From assembly GCF_011386835.1 (NCBI RefSeq), contig NC_088793.1:101618001-101682000 (forward strand): a stretch of 64,000 nucleotides of DNA. The letters are read 5' to 3'. This DNA comes from Chrysemys picta bellii. Lineage: Eukaryota. Shown piece by piece: positions 61,737 to 64,000 of the stretch (position 1 is its first letter; each line of letters starts with the position of its first letter). The position numbers were made by a program, and so were the translations under genes. Under the pieces are notes generated by a model, which saw only the letters and a list, made by a program, of their open reading frames with translations, did not search any database and was not told where the DNA came from.

Positions 61737-62765
61737 ATGAACTCAACGTTTTTTGATAAGGAAGATTTGCAGTACTGCTTTGAAAATATGAATGAATCTT
61801 GCTATAAAACACCATTGTCTTCTGGACTCCGAGTAACCTTGTATATTGTGCTTGGTTTGCTGACGATTCTCACTGTGGCTGGAAACCTACTGGTAATCAT
61901 TTCAATTGCTTATTTCAAGCAGCTTCACTCTCCTACAAATTTTTTGATCGCCTCCTTGGCATGTGCTGACTTTGGTTTGGGTCTGACTGTGCTGCCCTTC
62001 AGAACTGTAAGATCTGTTGAAACCTGTTGGTATTTTGGGGAAACATTCTGTAGATTTAACAGTTGTTTAAATGTATCTTTCTGCCTAGCATCAGTATTTC
62101 ACTTGTGTTTCATCTCTGTTGATCGATATGTTGCTGTCACTGACCCTTTAATTTATCCAGTTAAGTTCACAGTGCCTGTTTCAGGCGTGTTCATAGGTGT
62201 TGCGTGGACATTTTCATTAGTATACAGTGTTTATGTTGTCTTCATTGGGGCTAATGAAGAAGGGCTACAAGAATTAGTAAATGCCCTCTCCTGTGAAGGG
62301 GGGTGTCAGATTATGTTAAATAAAATGCAGGTGGTTGTATCCTCGCTCCTTTATTTCATACCTTTCTTTACAGTGATAGCACTTTACAGCAAGATCCTTG
62401 CTGTGGCTAAACGACAAGCTAGAATGATAGAGATGATGAGCAACAACACCCAGTCATCTGATAATTACAGTGACAGAGTTGGCAGAAGAGAGAGGAAAGC
62501 TGCTAAAACCCTGGGTATACCTGTGATTGCTTTCTTGGTATTCTGGTTACCTTTTTTTATAACTGTAATAATTAATGCTTTCCTCAACTTCATAATTCCA
62601 CCCCTTGTCTTTGACATTGTAGCTTGGTTTGCTTATTCCAACTCTGCCATTAATCCTTTGATTTACTCTCTCTTTTATCCTTGGTTTCGAAAAGCAATGA
62701 AAGTGATTGTGAGCTGTAAAATCCTCCGCCTTGATTGCTCAACAATGAGTTTGTTTTCTGAATAA
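61737..62765 (+). CDS. TAAR: Trace amine-associated receptor, 342 aa, divergent copy 5 (TAAR9-like ECL2)
   Basis: First ATG at 61737 (the ORF track starts at TTG 61725); DRY, GANEEGLQELVNALSCEGGCQ, NSAINPLIYSLFYPWF; Asn at 3.32. Confidence 0.93.
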   Translation: MNSTFFDKEDLQYCFENMNESCYKTPLSSGLRVTLYIVLGLLTILTVAGNLLVIISIAYFKQLHSPTNFLIASLACADFGLGLTVLPFRTVRSVETCWYFGETFCRFNSCLNVSFCLASVFHLCFISVDRYVAVTDPLIYPVKFTVPVSGVFIGVAWTFSLVYSVYVVFIGANEEGLQELVNALSCEGGCQIMLNKMQVVVSSLLYFIPFFTVIALYSKILAVAKRQARMIEMMSNNTQSSDNYSDRVGRRERKAAKTLGIPVIAFLVFWLPFFITVIINAFLNFIIPPLVFDIVAWFAYSNSAINPLIYSLFYPWFRKAMKVIVSCKILRLDCSTMSLFSE

Positions 62766-64000
62766 AAATGTATCTTGTACTGCTAAGTTCTGATTCCAAG
62801 TCACCGTCTTCCTCTGTCTGTTTTGTTGTTTTTCCTTTCAAATAATCTCCCAGACTTTTATAGCTGTATACTTTGAATCCTAATGGAAATCATGTTGAGT
62901 TATTTTTAGTAAAGTCCATTTCTATTTTTTGTAATGTTCTGATTTAAAGTGTCAGTGAATATCTTTTTTTTTTAATGAGGCTGAATAAAAAAGGGAAATT
63001 TTGCTTAATCAACTATTCTGTGTGTTATATAGCATTATTTTTGTTAAATATAACATTATTATATAGTATTTCTGACAAAATTACAATACATTGCACTATA
63101 AACACTAGATATATTTAGCACTGATTGGATAATTTTATTTTGTATTTTTCTGTATCGCTGGTTGGCTTAGAAACTCTCTAGGCCCTAGAATAGGCCACTG
63201 TGAACAATAGGAAACATACAGAGCCCATGAAAAACCAACTTAACAGAGATGGGGATGGCGGTGGAGGGATGGGGGGGGGGTATAGGTATCTTATGAAACT
63301 AGCAAATCAGATGCAAATAGGACATAATAGTTGTTGCAGGGAAAATTGAAGTCATAATGGCAACTTCAAGATGTCCATAATTCCAATCCACACCATTTTC
63401 TTCAAAGCTACTGGACCAAAAATAATGTAGATAGACAGAAAGTACATGCACACCAATGAAGGTCTAATTAGATTCCATCTAGTGTCAATGCCAAAAGTCC
63501 TATTGATTTAATGGTAGTCAGATCATTTCCTTAGTCAGCAATAATGATTAAAAGATCAAAAGTGTTATGATGCTTTATGCCCTCCATGACTTTCTCAGTG
63601 ACTGAATGGACTATACCAGTCATTTAAAGCTTTTGAGACAACTCATATAGACCAACTCTGTCCCAGTCCAGGGTCACCTTTAAAATATCTGAATGACAGG
63701 TGATTACTGAGAAGAAGTAGGTGATCTCAGGGAAGCAGGCTGGTGTTTATAAAGAAGCCCATTCTGATAATCCTGTTTTTAGAACCCAAAGCGCCATTCT
63801 GTGAGCAGGGTGGACTACAGGTCCTCTATGTGCCGGCTACTTTTTCTCTCACAGAACCAGGAGAATCGAACAGGTGAGTTGTTATGGCAGAAATAACTGC
63901 TCCTAATCTGGTAGAAGGCATGCTAAGAAACAAAAGGTCTACATAAGCCCCCACCACTTTCCACAATCAAGGAGAGAACCACAAGGAAGAAGGTCATGCT

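Noticed and set aside
12347-62765. TAAR copies as pseudogenes
   Set aside because: All five have full-length ORFs with DRY, both disulfide Cys and the TAAR motif intact

Overview
Vertebrate genomic DNA, most likely a cryptodiran turtle (inferred from tortoise polIII/SINE-type copies and the CR1/hAT/Harbinger/Penelope repeat mix). The window holds part of a trace amine-associated receptor (TAAR) cluster. Four intact TAAR genes on the minus strand lie in a tandem array of 11-17 kb duplicated units (about 6.5-54.4 kb), and a fifth, more divergent intact TAAR lies head-to-head on the plus strand (61737-62765). The rest is nested transposable elements: a decayed Ty3/Gypsy chromovirus split by a solo LTR and a hAT MITE, an RTE LINE, several CR1 LINEs (one with an uninterrupted 453-codon RT frame), hAT/Tigger/Harbinger non-autonomous elements with clean TSDs, two SINEs, and Penelope-type palindromes with hammerhead-like motifs. 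Main observations: (1) the canonical amine-binding Asp3.32 survives in one of five receptors (D,E,E,E,N); (2) all five genes share an upstream EBF-like + TAATGA composite with fixed 15-bp spacing, and each has a predicted 5'UTR intron; (3) the array has several template-switch-type rearrangements (a 1.57-kb duplication with a 157-bp templated insert, an inverted duplication, a new 55-bp-arm hairpin, a possible relic of a lost unit). No CRISPR, rRNA or true tRNA genes were seen. Family assignments are by eye from motifs; no database search was run.
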